The notes under the pieces are model-generated. The model made no database searches and was not told the DNA's origin. It saw only the letters and a list, made by a program, of their open reading frames with translations. A stretch of 64,000 nucleotides of DNA from NCBI RefSeq assembly GCF_018977255.1, contig NW_024704742.1, forward strand, positions 114,206,001 to 114,270,000. The letters are read 5' to 3'. The translations under genes were made by a program, and so were the position numbers. Position 1 is the first letter of the stretch, and every line of letters begins with the position of its first letter. This document shows, piece by piece, positions 25,333 to 38,300 of the stretch. This DNA comes from Callorhinchus milii (Eukaryota).

Positions 25333-25792
25333 GAATAGACTGTCACCCAATCAGCCAACATTGATTTATTTAAGGCTTTCAATCCAAGTACAGATCAATT
25401 TCAGATTTCCAAGGGGTGGGAAAATACTGCTTTGTAATATGGTAAAGGACAAATGCACCAGATATAGTTATTACAGTGAACCAGAAATACCAGAAAGGGC
25501 AAGATTTCACAAATTTGCAAACCTTGCATAATGAGATAGTTTAATATCTCTAGTCCACGTTGTACATTGTAAAATGCATGGGAGAGGGAGGAATGTGACT
25601 TGGTTTCACATCACTAGTTACATTTCCGCCTCCTCCTCCCATGGTTAGTTATTCAAACAAACAAATTGTGATTAATTTCAAGACTCTCCTCTGCTTGACT
25701 GTCCAGGACCTTGGGACATCCTCCCCACGTGAAAAGCGCTTTACAAATGTAATTTGTTGTTTTTAATTTACTTTTCTGTTTTATATACACCA

Positions 25793-26360
25793 CTCAGTGG
25801 TTAGAGCACTTGCCTTCCAAGCGAGTCACCTGGGTTCAATTCCAGGCAGAGGGCGAAAACTTGGGCAAGTTTCCTTACTCCACACAGAGCCTAATAATAA
25901 TCCCTCCAAAACAAAACAATAATAAATTGGTCATTTTCAATCCACGACTGTTTGTGGGACACTGCTGTGTGCAATTGGCTGCCGCATTCGCCCACAAATA
26001 TACAGTCAATTCACTTTACAGTCTATTCTGTGAAGCGCTTTGAGATGTCGAGAAGACGTGAAAAGCGCACTATCAAATTCAAGAATTATTATTATATATT
26101 ATACCTGGGATTCGATTCCCGGCAGGGTGAAACCTTAGGCAAGTTTCCTTGCTCCACACACCTGATAATAATCTCTCAAGAAAATAACCAACAATAATAA
26201 AATTGGTCACTTCAATCCACGACTGTTTGTGGGACACTGCTATGTGCAATTGGCTTCCACGTTTCGCCCACAAATATACAGTCAATTCACTTTCCAGAAT
26301 ATTCTGTGAAGCGCTTTGAGACTTCTGGAAGACATGAAATGCAAAGCATTATTATTATTT
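25793..26360 (+). mobile_element. Two tandem tRNA-Ala SINE copies (25793-26095 and 26103-26360)
   Basis: Both carry the family body and tail. The second is 5'-truncated to the B box. Confidence 0.88.
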
Positions 26361-26579
26361 ATTAATATTATTATATAATTAGGATTTAGAAAACAAAGTT
26401 AGCAGCTCCCTCTAGCTTGAATGTTGTGATGTTTATAATGTTATCTAAATCAGATTTCACGTATGATTGACAAGCCTGTGCTGCAGTCCCTGAAAATGGA
26501 GTTTAACCCATAGTGATTTCTAATGGAATTTCTTAATAACACCTCAAAGTCGCAAATAGGAACTCCTGGTAAACGGAAA

Positions 26580-27240
26580 GTACAATACTACCGTCTTCTC
26601 ATTACAACGCCAAGCTGTTTCTTAAATCAGTCCAGTATCCTGATCTCTACCACCCTTCCTGGTAATCCTTTCCAGGTGCTGATTACTCTCTGTGTGAACA
26701 AAGTACTCCCTGGTGTCTGTTCTATAACTGCCCTTCACAATCCTGAACCTGTGACCACTTCTTTCCCTGCCTCGGCCTCTCTGGAAGTATTATTCTAGGT
26801 TTACCGTCTCTATCCCATTGAGTACCTCATATATCTCTATAAGATCCCTCTGATATGTCTATTTTCGAGTTGCGGAGGTTGCCTATCCAAGACAATTATT
26901 TTGAGTCTTAAAAAAAGATGTTTCGGAGGGGACTTTTTAGAGGTACATAAGATTTTAAATGGCATCAGTAAACCCAGGACAATACTTACAAATACACTAG
27001 GGCATCAGGACAAAAGGGCATCGGTTCAGGTTTGTAAAAGACAATTTCAGAACAGGAATCAGGAAGTATTTCTTTACTCAAAAGGGATTTAACAACTTGA
27101 ACAGGTGACCAGGATGGGTAGTGAGGCCAAGACACTAGATTCACATAAAAACAACTGAATGCTGGGATGGGAGATTGGTGGTATAGTATGCTGGGAGATC
27201 AAATGGGTCAAAGAGCCCTCTTCATCACAGCTTGTGATGC
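26580..27240. mobile_element. Two divergently oriented CR1 3' fragments
   Basis: Minus copy at about 26580-26870. Plus copy at about 26900-27240 (GDFLEVHKILNGI...FFTQ). Confidence 0.65.
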
Positions 27241-27543
27241 CCATATTCAGGCCTGAAACATTAAGCACTGGTGTATCAGATCTAATAGTCCTTGTGTCAG
27301 TAGTTGACTTCCTAGATGATTGGGTAGAATGAGAGTCTGCTGTTAAACCTTCTTAAGAGCTTTTCTCACAGCTTTGTCTCCATGGAAGAATGAATATCCT
27401 TTATTCGTGGAGGTTGTGGGTTCTTCATCTTCATTACTTGCCTTTTTCTTGCTCCCTAAGGCGGATGTCAGCTAATTTACTCTTAATAATGTTTCCAAGA
27501 TGCCAGAGTCTGTTTTTCTTTGTCCCCTGTCTTACTGAGGGAT

Positions 27544-27798
27544 AGTGGAAGCAGACAAAAGTATGATAACAAAATTATAAAAGTAACTGGAATAGATAAA
27601 TTGTACAGAAAGTCATGCAGTCTAGAGGTACAAAATCATTGGGATTTTGGACTCACATTACCCAGGCCAGTGGAAGCAGACAAAAGTATCATAACAAAAT
27701 TATAAAAGTAACTGGAATAGATAAATTGTACAGAAAGTCATGCAGTCTAGAGGTACAAAATCATTGGGATTTTGGACTCACATTACCCAGGCCAGTGG
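27544..27798. repeat. Recent 125-bp tandem duplication
   Basis: Units start at 27544 and 27669 with one mismatch (tatgat/tatcat). AGTGG recurs at 27544, 27669 and 27794. Confidence 0.95.
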
Positions 27799-29279
27799 TG
27801 ATCAAACTTTATGGATGGCCGACAAAATACATTTTCTTGATTGAATATTTTGTGATTTATGCCATACATCAATCAAGAAAATGCTGGAAGTACACCACCG
27901 ATCCAACACGGACTTACCTAGCCTTGTACAGGGGGGTGCTTCTTAATGGACATGTGGACCACTTCCAGCCATCGGTCACAGGTCAGCCACCACTGGTCCA
28001 GGCTGACACTCCATTGTAGTGCTGAGGATCTGCTGCATTGATGGAGGTGCAATCCTTTGAGTTACACGTTAAAACAACAACAAGAGAATGATATTTATAC
28101 AATGCCGTTCACGTCAGAAGAACATCCTAAAAGTGCTGGATAGTTAAAAGCAAAAACAAAATTAAAAAAGTTAAAAGCAAGGTCTTTTGATCTTTAACAT
28201 CCATCTGAACAGGCAGATAGGGGGCCTAATGTCTCATTTTTAGACATTTCATGTGGGTCTTGAATCCACAGCCTTTTGGCGCAGAGACTAAAGCGCTACC
28301 AACTGAGCCAGATTGACATGGAAACCATTTGCGTCTCATTGTTCATTTCAGTCTGCACCTATCCGAAACTGTTCCTCTGAAGGAGTTAATCAATTAGCAT
28401 ATTTTATATTATGATCCTTGCATTTTACAACTTTCGTTATTGTAAAGCCTATACAATCTTCAAAGGAAAAGAGGTTTTAGCTTGCAATGAGCTGAGGACT
28501 GTGTGAACACAATCATAAAACTGCTACAATGGTGACAGGCCTCTGGTAGAGGGACATGAGAAAGCAGGATTCTGAGTAATCAAAATGTCTCAAAAGGCTT
28601 CATAGGTAATGGCTGTCAAGTATAGTGTACATTTGTAGGCAAACATAGGAATTATGTGGAACATAAATCACAGAATTGTTCCAGAAACAGCCATATAATG
28701 AATGTCCTGTGTAACTGGACAGTTGTTGAATTCATGTTGGATACCAGGAAATCTCCCTTCCTTTACAAATAATGTTGTAGATCGTTAACATCTACCTGTA
28801 CAGGTAGAGGGGAACTCTGTTCAATATTTCATTTGAAGGAGGACACATCTGACAAGACAACACATGGACTATGAACTCCTTGAACCAATGACCTGAGCCA
28901 AAAGAAAAGTGCGGGTGCACTTTCACCCCTGACCCCATTTTCCGCTACAATGGCCCTCGTTTGTTACAAACCCGCTACAAATGGCCCACCAGGTACTAAC
29001 CTTTACACTCAGCGTGTTAGGCCCCGGGCCTCCTGTACTGTCTGCTCAACTCCGCTACTATGGCCGGAGCGGCTCTGATGGTGAATGTGCAATGGATTTT
29101 GGGATCGCAGAAGTGGTGTGTGTGGGATATCGACTTCACTGGTGAGTAAACCTTGATAGGAAAAGCAGCTGAGTCACACACTACTGCAACACATTCTTGG
29201 TAAGTGCTGTACCATTCAAATTAAAATATTTAGTATTTTAAACATAACTACATTTTCAGGAAATATACACCTAGTGTTA

Positions 29280-30500
29280 ATCAGGGCTCTTGCACTTTTA
29301 GGTTGTGCAATGCAAAATGTCCTGTGAAGAAGCCAAGGGGCAGCACGTCCCATTTTCCGTCTGTCCCTCAGATAGAATTGTAATCTATGCAAATGACCTT
29401 TATGAAGAAGGGGAGCAGTTGTTTCGTCGCGTTTGCTGTCACACAATTGACCATGTTCACAAGTTCACCAGTGATGAGCACATGAAATCTCGGAAACATT
29501 GTGAATGCAAGGCAGGGGCAATAAAGAAAAAAAAAGGTAAAATACTTTTACATATATTTATAATACATATAATATTAAATGAAAAGGTATCATTATTTTC
29601 TTTCACTTTAATTTTAAAAGAAAATCTTAATTTGTACGATTACAAAAGTTAATCTCCCTTCTTTTTGATTGAATTGTAAAAGCAGATAAAACAAGCACAG
29701 CAAACAAAAACAAATAGAACATTTCTAACAACAAATGCATCATGAAGATCAATTTTTACCTTTTCCTTTCAAGGTGGATCTGGATCTCAAAGACAACTCG
29801 CTCTGACAACCAGCTTCTCTAGAGCCACTGCATCATCTATGGAGAGGAAATAATTCGTACTGGACTTTGTGCGGTGTTTGACTAGAGCAGACATACCGCT
29901 TGAAAAAGCTCCTGCCTTCCAAGAGTTTCTATGCAAATACATGAAACAGGGAGGAACTATTCCAACATTTTTATAGTTGTGTGATTCCTACCCTTTCAAC
30001 TATTTTAATCTTCGAATATCCCAGCTAACCAGAAACTAGCAGCATGGTGAGAAGCTCAGCCTGAGCCACTTGTGAAACTTGCAAAAAGGTACATTTGACT
30101 ACCAGTGAGCACAGCTGATGTTGAAAGGTCATTTTCTGTTTATTCAGACCTCCTCAAAGATAATAGACAAAGCCTAGCAGAGGAAAATATAAAAATTCTT
30201 CACATGTTAAAATTTAACCAACACTCAACTTTTGGCTGAGACTTTTTTTGTGTTTCTGTGAAAATGTAGAAAATTTTAATTTTGCTGTAAACTGTGTTGC
30301 ACTTTTACCCCATTTGAAAGGTGTTCTGTTTTTCCAATAATCTATGATGTGTTACTCCTTCATGTTTAGTTTTTAAAAATGAGAAAAGAAAAAATGTAGA
30401 TTAGCAGCAAAATGTGTCTCCCAATAGCACCAATCAGCCCTCCCCAATTTCCTGCAAAATTTGCAAAGTGCTCTGCAATTTTGTGCAAATATTTCCTTAC
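29280..30500 (+). mobile_element. Fossil, internally deleted hAT DNA transposon with CGGBP1-like zinc-finger N-terminus
   Basis: 29317-29536 encodes ...PSDRIVIYANDLYEEGEQLFRRVCCHTIDHVHKFTSDEHMKSRKH. A GT-AG intron spans 29537-29773. 29774-29976 encodes ...QRQLALTTSF...*FVLDFVRCLTRADIPLEKAPAFQEFLCKYMKQGGTIP. About 30070-30220 encodes LAKRYI*LPVSTADVERSFSVYSDLLKDNRQSLAEENIK, a hAT C-terminal dimerisation motif. In-frame stops are present and the termini are not resolved. Confidence 0.85.
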
Positions 30501-33500
30501 TTTTCTATTGGCCCAGCCAATAACCTACTGATGCAGATGCCAAAGTGTCAAGTCAAGCTGATACTTTTTGCTGGAAATCCAATTCCATATAGCCACTGTG
30601 GGAGGAATGGGTTAGGATGGAAAACATCAAACGGAGCCTGTAGAATCTATTAGTTACTGCCCAGACAGAACTTTATTTATAATCACTGTCAGAGTTTTGA
30701 GTAAGAACACATCAGCGCTAATAAAGCATTAAAAGCTTGGATTTTAATCACAGTATACTCAGCCTGTGACTGTTTCATTGATCATACTTCAAGGATTGGA
30801 TCGAAGACTTGATCGAGAGACAATACCTAATTAAAGCTCTGGTTATCCAGAACAGGATTCAAGAGAAACTTTGAGGATATATTCCATGACGTTCTACCTT
30901 TACCTCAGTGAACCAATAATTAGTTGGCAGTCTTTTCTTTTGGTCAGCTGGAAACCTATCACCATGCTTAAGAGTATCCAAACTAGAGTTCCACATATGC
31001 ATGTGCCCATATGTGGAAATTACTGTGTTTCGAATGGAATACACTTTGCCTGGAGGGGTGCATTCTGCTTAGCTAATTCCAGAGTATTCAGCACAGGCTA
31101 ACAGTCTGGGTCCCAACAAGCCCATTTATAACATTGCTTCAAAACTTAGTTTCAGCTGCAAGATTTGGGCTGTAAGATTATCCCAATTCCAAGTGCTCTT
31201 GTGTTATTTATTTCTAGATGTATATTATTTATTCTGTTTGTGTTAAATAAATGTTTGGTTTCATTGATTAAGGCTTGTGCCTATGGAATAATACTCCTAT
31301 TATTTATATTGAGATTAGTTTTAGCGAAAGTCTACATTATAATGTGTTAGATACTGGGGATTACATTGTTACATCCTCTTTCCATTGAAACCTTGTGCTA
31401 CCCAAAAGAGTGCCAGTCAAGTTCATATAAGTCACAGTGGACATATTTAAATTGTGGCTAGATATTCCTTCAAATAAAGTTCCTTAAAATCTTTACAAAT
31501 AATCTTGTAATAGTCGGCTTTTATTATCCCTTGTTTAGCTACTTTTAATCACAGCTAACTGGGTTACCTTCAATTACATCAGCTTGATGGATGGATGAGC
31601 AGCCTTGGTTACCCAGTGCCAACATTATAGATATAACAGGGGCAAAGTCCCTGACTTTGATGAATTTCCCAGGTGCAACTTTGTCAGTCGTGTGTTGGGT
31701 GACCAGTACTAATAGGTCCCTAGCTGCCAGCTGCAATGTTAGTTACGATGGTGGATGATATCCTCCCACTACTGGAGCCAGCCCCAGCAGGGAAAACTGA
31801 TATTCTGGGTAATCTCCAGTTATATTTATCTTAAGAGTTGGAAGGGTAGTAACCCATCATGGAGGTTTATGACTGCTTTCAAATCCTGCCAAATCTGATG
31901 AATGTCACCAACTTTAGCTTGAAAATAGGCCAGATAATAGTATTCTTTAACTATAAGATCAACAGAAAGAGAGTACACTGTCTGACAACAGGAATAAAGA
32001 ACATCAACTCAGAGAGGTGCCAGCACAATGATGAAATTGTCACAGGGTTGTCATTTGGATGTCACAATATCTTATTGTTATGATTCTCTTCACTGACAAC
32101 TTGAACGTACTCCTGCAGTAAGTAGAGGATGGAAATGAGAAACAATTATTGCTATCAGTTACTTTATTTGTTCCATTGCTAGCACACTGTAAATACTCTG
32201 ATGCACCACACACTCTAATATGCATGGTTTGCTGCTCCTCATTAACAAATAATCCATATAAAACAGTTCTGTGAGTTCCAAAGGGAGTGTTATAACCAGG
32301 TCAACTAATGACTAACATAGTTCAGTAGATATCTCAAAGGACAAGAGTTTTCATAATTGAATAGTTAAAAATGCATGATGTAATATAGTTTTTGTTAACT
32401 TTCTAAAATAGGGAACCCATTATAACATGGTCGGTCCATAAAATCTTAACCAGCACTATAATTTGGTGTGATCACTGGTGGGTGCTTCCACATTCACTGT
32501 ACATACATGCAGAAAGACAGCCTGCATGCAGGAAGCTAAAATGACAGACTTCTGGATCATCAGATCGCCACTAATAATAATAATCCTTGCATTTGATATA
32601 GCACCTTATCAAGTCGTTGAAGTGTCTCAAAGTGCTTCACAGAATATATTACAAAGTGGATTGACTGTGTATTTTATAGGCAAAGCTTCCTGTGCATTGC
32701 ATATGTGCAGTTTGGAAGAAATGGTGTCATCTGGTGATATGGGCATTTTGGCTTCACTGATAACTGGTTTCCCATATACCTGGCTGGCGATTTGAAGCCC
32801 CAGTGGAGTCGGAATTTACATCTTGAAATTTTTGAGGTAAGTGGATGTCACAGTCCATTCTATAAGTGAACCTGAGTTATAACAAAACCTTATTTAACGG
32901 TTCTACTTAATTTGCTTCAGAGGGTTGATGTCTTCTCAGGGCTGAACTGCTTTGGGAAATAGATATTGTAGGGCAGGATTTCTCAATCTTTTTGATTCCA
33001 GGAATCAGCTCAATTTCTTCTTAAAATATAGTGGACCATTAATAAATGAGCCTGTAAGGTCAGTCAATTTACCACAACTGGCACCGCCTTCCACCACCTC
33101 CGGAACACCGCCAGACTAAGGCACTACCTCACCCCTCACGCGGCTGAAACCTGGTCTACGCCAGTGATAACAGATCCCTTGGACATTGACAGTCTATAGT
33201 AGGAACAGTTGTTTTTTGTGGGGTAGGTGAACAGTACTCCCTTTCTACATTAATATAGCCTGCATTAAAAAGTTAGTGATTTGTATCCTAAATTTAAAAA
33301 TAGATTATTTTTGTTTCATTATGATGGTATGGTCCACAAATTGCTTTTTTTGTTGTATTATGGATTACAATAATTACATGTAGTGTAATGATTATATAGC
33401 ATTACTGTAAGAAAATAGCCCATTTGGCGCAAATAGTCTATGTTGTTGTTTATACTCCACATACTATCCTGTGTGATTCAAGTTTCCTCTTAAATACATT

Positions 33501-34689
33501 GACCCTTTCTGCTTTTGGCAAGTTTTTAAAACAGCATCTGCAAAAACTAACTTGCCCAACTGGGCAATCACATTATGAAAAGTAATGTAATGCCTGAGTA
33601 ATCACTGAAAACAAATAATTTCTGTAACATGTTAAACATTATCTAAAATAGGCTATTAGATAATTATTTGGGGAGGACAAATTTGCACGACTATGGGGAG
33701 AGAGTAGGGGAACGGAATTGATTTGAATAGCACTTTTCAAAGAACTGGCACAGACACGATGGGCTGAATGGCTTCCTTCTTTGCTGTGTAATTCTATATT
33801 CCAGACATCAGGTTCTGAGCTCTTCAAAGCACTTAAATTTAGTCCAGCCAGGCTTTCTAAGGAAGAACCATTTTGGTGTAGCACATATTCACATCCGTAA
33901 ATGAATGAATAGAAACAATTCTACAGTTCATTTTGATAATGCATAAAATAAACCAACTACAATATGATCAAGATATAAAAGGACTGAAATATTCCAACAA
34001 CTTTTGCAAAACATGAATACAAACTGGCACTTTAAATCATTTCTAGAATTCCTGTTCAGATGATTGTTTCTTAGCACATGCTGGAAGGTCAAGCAGATCA
34101 GTGGGGTAAAATTCCACCTGGATTTAAATTTATAATAAACCTTGCGTTTGCTAGAATGGCGTTCTAGTTCATTGAGGCAGCCGAAGCATTTCACAGGATT
34201 TCACCCATTTACTGTGATGTATAGTGTCCATTTATTTGTAGGCAAATGCGCCAGCCAATTTCCACCCAGAATCCCAGTCATGAAGTGATGACCAACTTAT
34301 ATTTGGGGGATTGTTGGTCAGGACACCAGAAGAAAGCATTTCAGTGTCCAGAATTTGGCAAATTATTGAATTCTGTCTTAACTTTGAATGTGGTTAAGAG
34401 CAGATAACTGGAGTCATCTTAAAAAAAGTTTGATTCAGTGATGAGAGGATGGATATTTTGGAAAAATTAGGTCAAATGGCCCAAGGGGACTTCTCCATTT
34501 GAACTTCTCTTGTGATCATGTTGAATCAGAGTCACTATTAAGGCAATATGAACTCCTTTCTCACAATTCTCCATTAAGAATAGAACAATCATCCTGCACC
34601 ACATGGAGCCAGGCTGTAAACTAGTTACTGGCTGGAGATTCCTCCAATTGTGTTTGGAAGCCCAGCGGCTCAGCCCTTTCCTATCCTGT

Positions 34690-34996
34690 AGTGTATCGGT
34701 GTATTGCCTTGCAAGCGGGAGGACCTTGACAGGGTGAAATGTTAGGCAAGTTTCCTGACTTCACATGATCAATTGGCTGATTGCTTTCCAGGAGTAATAA
34801 CTTCCTCCTCCCAAAAAAGCAAAATTGGTCACTCAGTCCACGACTATTTGTGAGACACTGCTGTGCACAATTGGCTGCCGTGTTCCACCCAGAAAATATA
34901 CAATTTACTTTTCAGTATATTCTGTAAAGCAGCTTGAGATGTCTCAACAGTGTGATAAGGCACTACATCAAATGCAAGGATTATTATTATTATTAT
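34690..34996 (+). mobile_element. Diverged long-subfamily tRNA-Ala SINE
   Basis: Degenerate head, family body and (TTA)n tail. Confidence 0.75.
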
Positions 34997-35359
34997 CCAG
35001 ACAGATCCAGGGTTCTGATCCAACAGAAGCTCTGCTTAGATTAGATCTGAGGTACCTAAGTAAAGGAGGAAAGATGCTGTAACATTAAATAAACATTTTT
35101 GCTGATATTTTAGACATAGTCAGACACCGATCTAACTTACCAACCTGTTTTCTAAAGGAAAAAAAAGGAACTCATTAGCAACAGATGGTATGACGAATCC
35201 TTTGATGAATATTTAAAATATAATGAGATTGTGCATAGAGACTTCAAGAGACGAAGCAAGTAACTCGAGACTCATGATTAACCCGATATGTTTAAACTTC
35301 CTTACATCTCCGTTATTAGTTTCCTATGTAAATTTTGATACCAGGAATACAGTCTAGTG

Positions 35360-38300
35360 AGTACATTTGTTGTAACAGTTTAATGAGCAGGTTTTTTTCA
35401 ATCTAAGAAACTTTACAATTTAAAGAACATACAAATGGTGTAATACATAATGTTCTGAACAATAAACCAGGACACATCTCTAAATAGTACTCAGGAACAC
35501 AAAGCAAAAGTGAAGGTAAAACTATTAAATACAATACTGTTGTGCCTGCAGGAACAAATACAAAAAGTAAAACATTGGGATAAGGAATTTCATTTTACAC
35601 ACTGAGTCCATGCAATGATGTGCAGTGCTGGGCAGCCATCAAGGTATGCTTCAAAGTTTATACAGCAACTTCCATAAGCCATCTGCATAAATTAAGTTTG
35701 CCCTAAAACCTAAGGTTATATATATGTTTCTGGTTTAAATGGTTACTGACTTGTTACTTTTGTATACTCACAAACTATATATAATATATAGTTATAAAAG
35801 GTTGGGATTTTTAACACAATTACTCAGAATGTATTTTTAAAGTCACTGAAAGTGAAATATCTGATTCTTACTTTAAGATCATAAAGAAAATGAAATTGGA
35901 AGGTTGGCCACTGCATATCATACCAAATTGATTGAAGAACAAAGTGCACGAAGCACATCCTTTCCCACGAGTAGAATATGGATTTAGCAATGTCACCTTT
36001 AAATAGACATGTGACAATTTCTAGTTCAATGACCAAGAGCCATGCATTGCTACCTGGAGTTTCACTGAGGCCCCATTCTTAACAGGAATGATGCCATTCA
36101 TCAAGTTATTTTGCTCATCACCCATAACCAGAAGACACAGAATACAAACCTGATTCCAATATTGTAATCTTCCTTTTTACCAACAGAGTAAAGTTTACCT
36201 GGCTACCTGGATTGAAGTTTTTTTTGCTTGCTATCACATTGTCATTGTTATAAAAGCCCAGTTACAGCCTTTCCAGAATTATAATTACATGCAGCAAGAC
36301 ACCATATGAACTTTTAAAGGACTATTTATGAGCAGAAGCCAAATTTATTCGTACTGACTACATTTATAATGCAGCACTATAAACCAATCGCTTGGTGAAA
36401 CCACCTCAAGGTATTCTTAGTAGCTGGACTTAAACCCAATTATTTGTACCCTCACCCAGCAAATTTCAGAGTGAATTGCTGCAAAAACTTAGGTATAAAT
36501 TTGGCTTAGTATATTTCATGTATTTCTCTTTCAAGAAGTTCATATCAATAGTTTAAAAAATATGGATTATTCAAAATAAGTTGAGAATTAAATTTCTCTG
36601 GTGAAACTTCATGAAAAGGTTAGGTTATTGCAAAAAAATAGAAATATATTTTGATACATAGGTAAACATAGACCAGTAAATGGGATACAACAAAAACAGA
36701 TTTATAAGTAGTTATTTGATGCCCATTCTGTCCTCTAACATTATAGGTAACAACTTATACATCAGTGCAGCTTTTACAGAAGGGTAATTTATTTCAAGTG
36801 TATACAAACAAGGGTGCAACACATAGACTAGATTTTGTGGGCATATATTTTAAATTTTATTGAGTTTATGTATTTTGCAACTTTGTAAATTTTAAAACTG
36901 TAATCGGGTGAAATATCTCAATTAGGAATTAATTTAGTGTTTCCAGGTAGTTTCTGTTCTGTTGGCTGAATCTTTAATACATCCACATCAGAGATTCCAG
37001 AGATGGTTAAGCATGCTTGACAAGGCATAAATCAAATACAAAAAAAAGGCTAATTTAGTGACATACTAACAATAACTACAGAAAGACACTTGCTACATGG
37101 AGTCAATTTGCGCTTTACAACAGTATTTTACAGTATAAACCATAGTCAAGACAGTTTCTTACACAAACTACATTATTTTACATAACACATCAGAATGACT
37201 TTTGGAACAATTACCACTCTGTTATTGCAGCTAACTATCCGTTCCAGAAGTAAATTTGTATTTACTTTCGTATCTCTTGTGCAAATGTTGGAAAAATAGT
37301 GGTAAAGATAATAGATCAAAGATCACCGGATTTTCAATGATTTTCTTGATTCCAAAAGTGTGTGGCTTATTGGATCCCTAGAGTACTGCTTACATGAGTT
37401 TCCTGTTTGAAGGAAGAGTTCCTCTCAAATGACTATATCTCAAGGTGAGGCACAAAGTAAAGGCAATATTATAGAACTCATGGCAAAAATAAATACCAGG
37501 GAAAGTTTATCAGAAAATGTGCCTAACTAACATACACATGGTTATTATTTGGAGGTTTTCATTTTATGTAGGTTTCATAGATTTTTCAACTAATCCAGTT
37601 AACCTGGAGGATTCTTTTTTGTAATTTAGGCATTCAATGATGTAATGATTTTTCACTGCATTATTGAACATTTTTAGTATACAACCAGCAAAGATCCTGG
37701 TCACATTTATAATGCAATTTATGATACATGTTTCTGAAAAGAAAGACATCAGATTACTTCCAATCAATCAAACTTCTCTACGTACAAAGAATTTCGCTGG
37801 ATCACCAGAACCTTGGTCACTAAAATAGTTCAATTGCTTGGTTGACATACTGCAGTTCCAGTATGGAATAATGGTAAGTTGGAACATTGGAATTAATGTA
37901 TTGATCAAATATGCTGCAGTGACATATTGGAATCTAGGTTCAATGTAGAATAACGAACAATGTTACATTGTAATTGTCAAAGTGCTTATATAAGCAAGAA
38001 GGGCAGTCCAACATGTACTTAATAGTTAATACATTTTCTTGGTAAACTTCCCCCACAAAACAATTTCCTTATAGTGTCCCATTCCCTCCCCCCTCAAAAA
38101 AAATCTCCCTATTGTTTTAAAAAAACATTTCGTCGAACAAAGCACAATGTTTTAAGGATGAACTTCTCAGCAAGAAAACCAAGTGAATTTTAATAAGCTA
38201 TAAATAGTTTATAAAAAAGAAAACAATAAGCAGACACATAGCAAGAATGCACAATTTCTATCAGGTTCTGGTGGTGCTGGGCAGTGGTTTTTGAAAAACG

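Noticed and set aside
29305..29652. Functional CGGBP1 orthologue
   Set aside because: There are in-frame stops, the first zinc-ligand Cys is replaced (LFRRVC), and a hAT dimerisation remnant is attached.
31171..31373. Second solo LTR (TGTAA...AATAAA...TTACA)
   Set aside because: Very AT-rich with no TSD, so the motifs could arise by chance.
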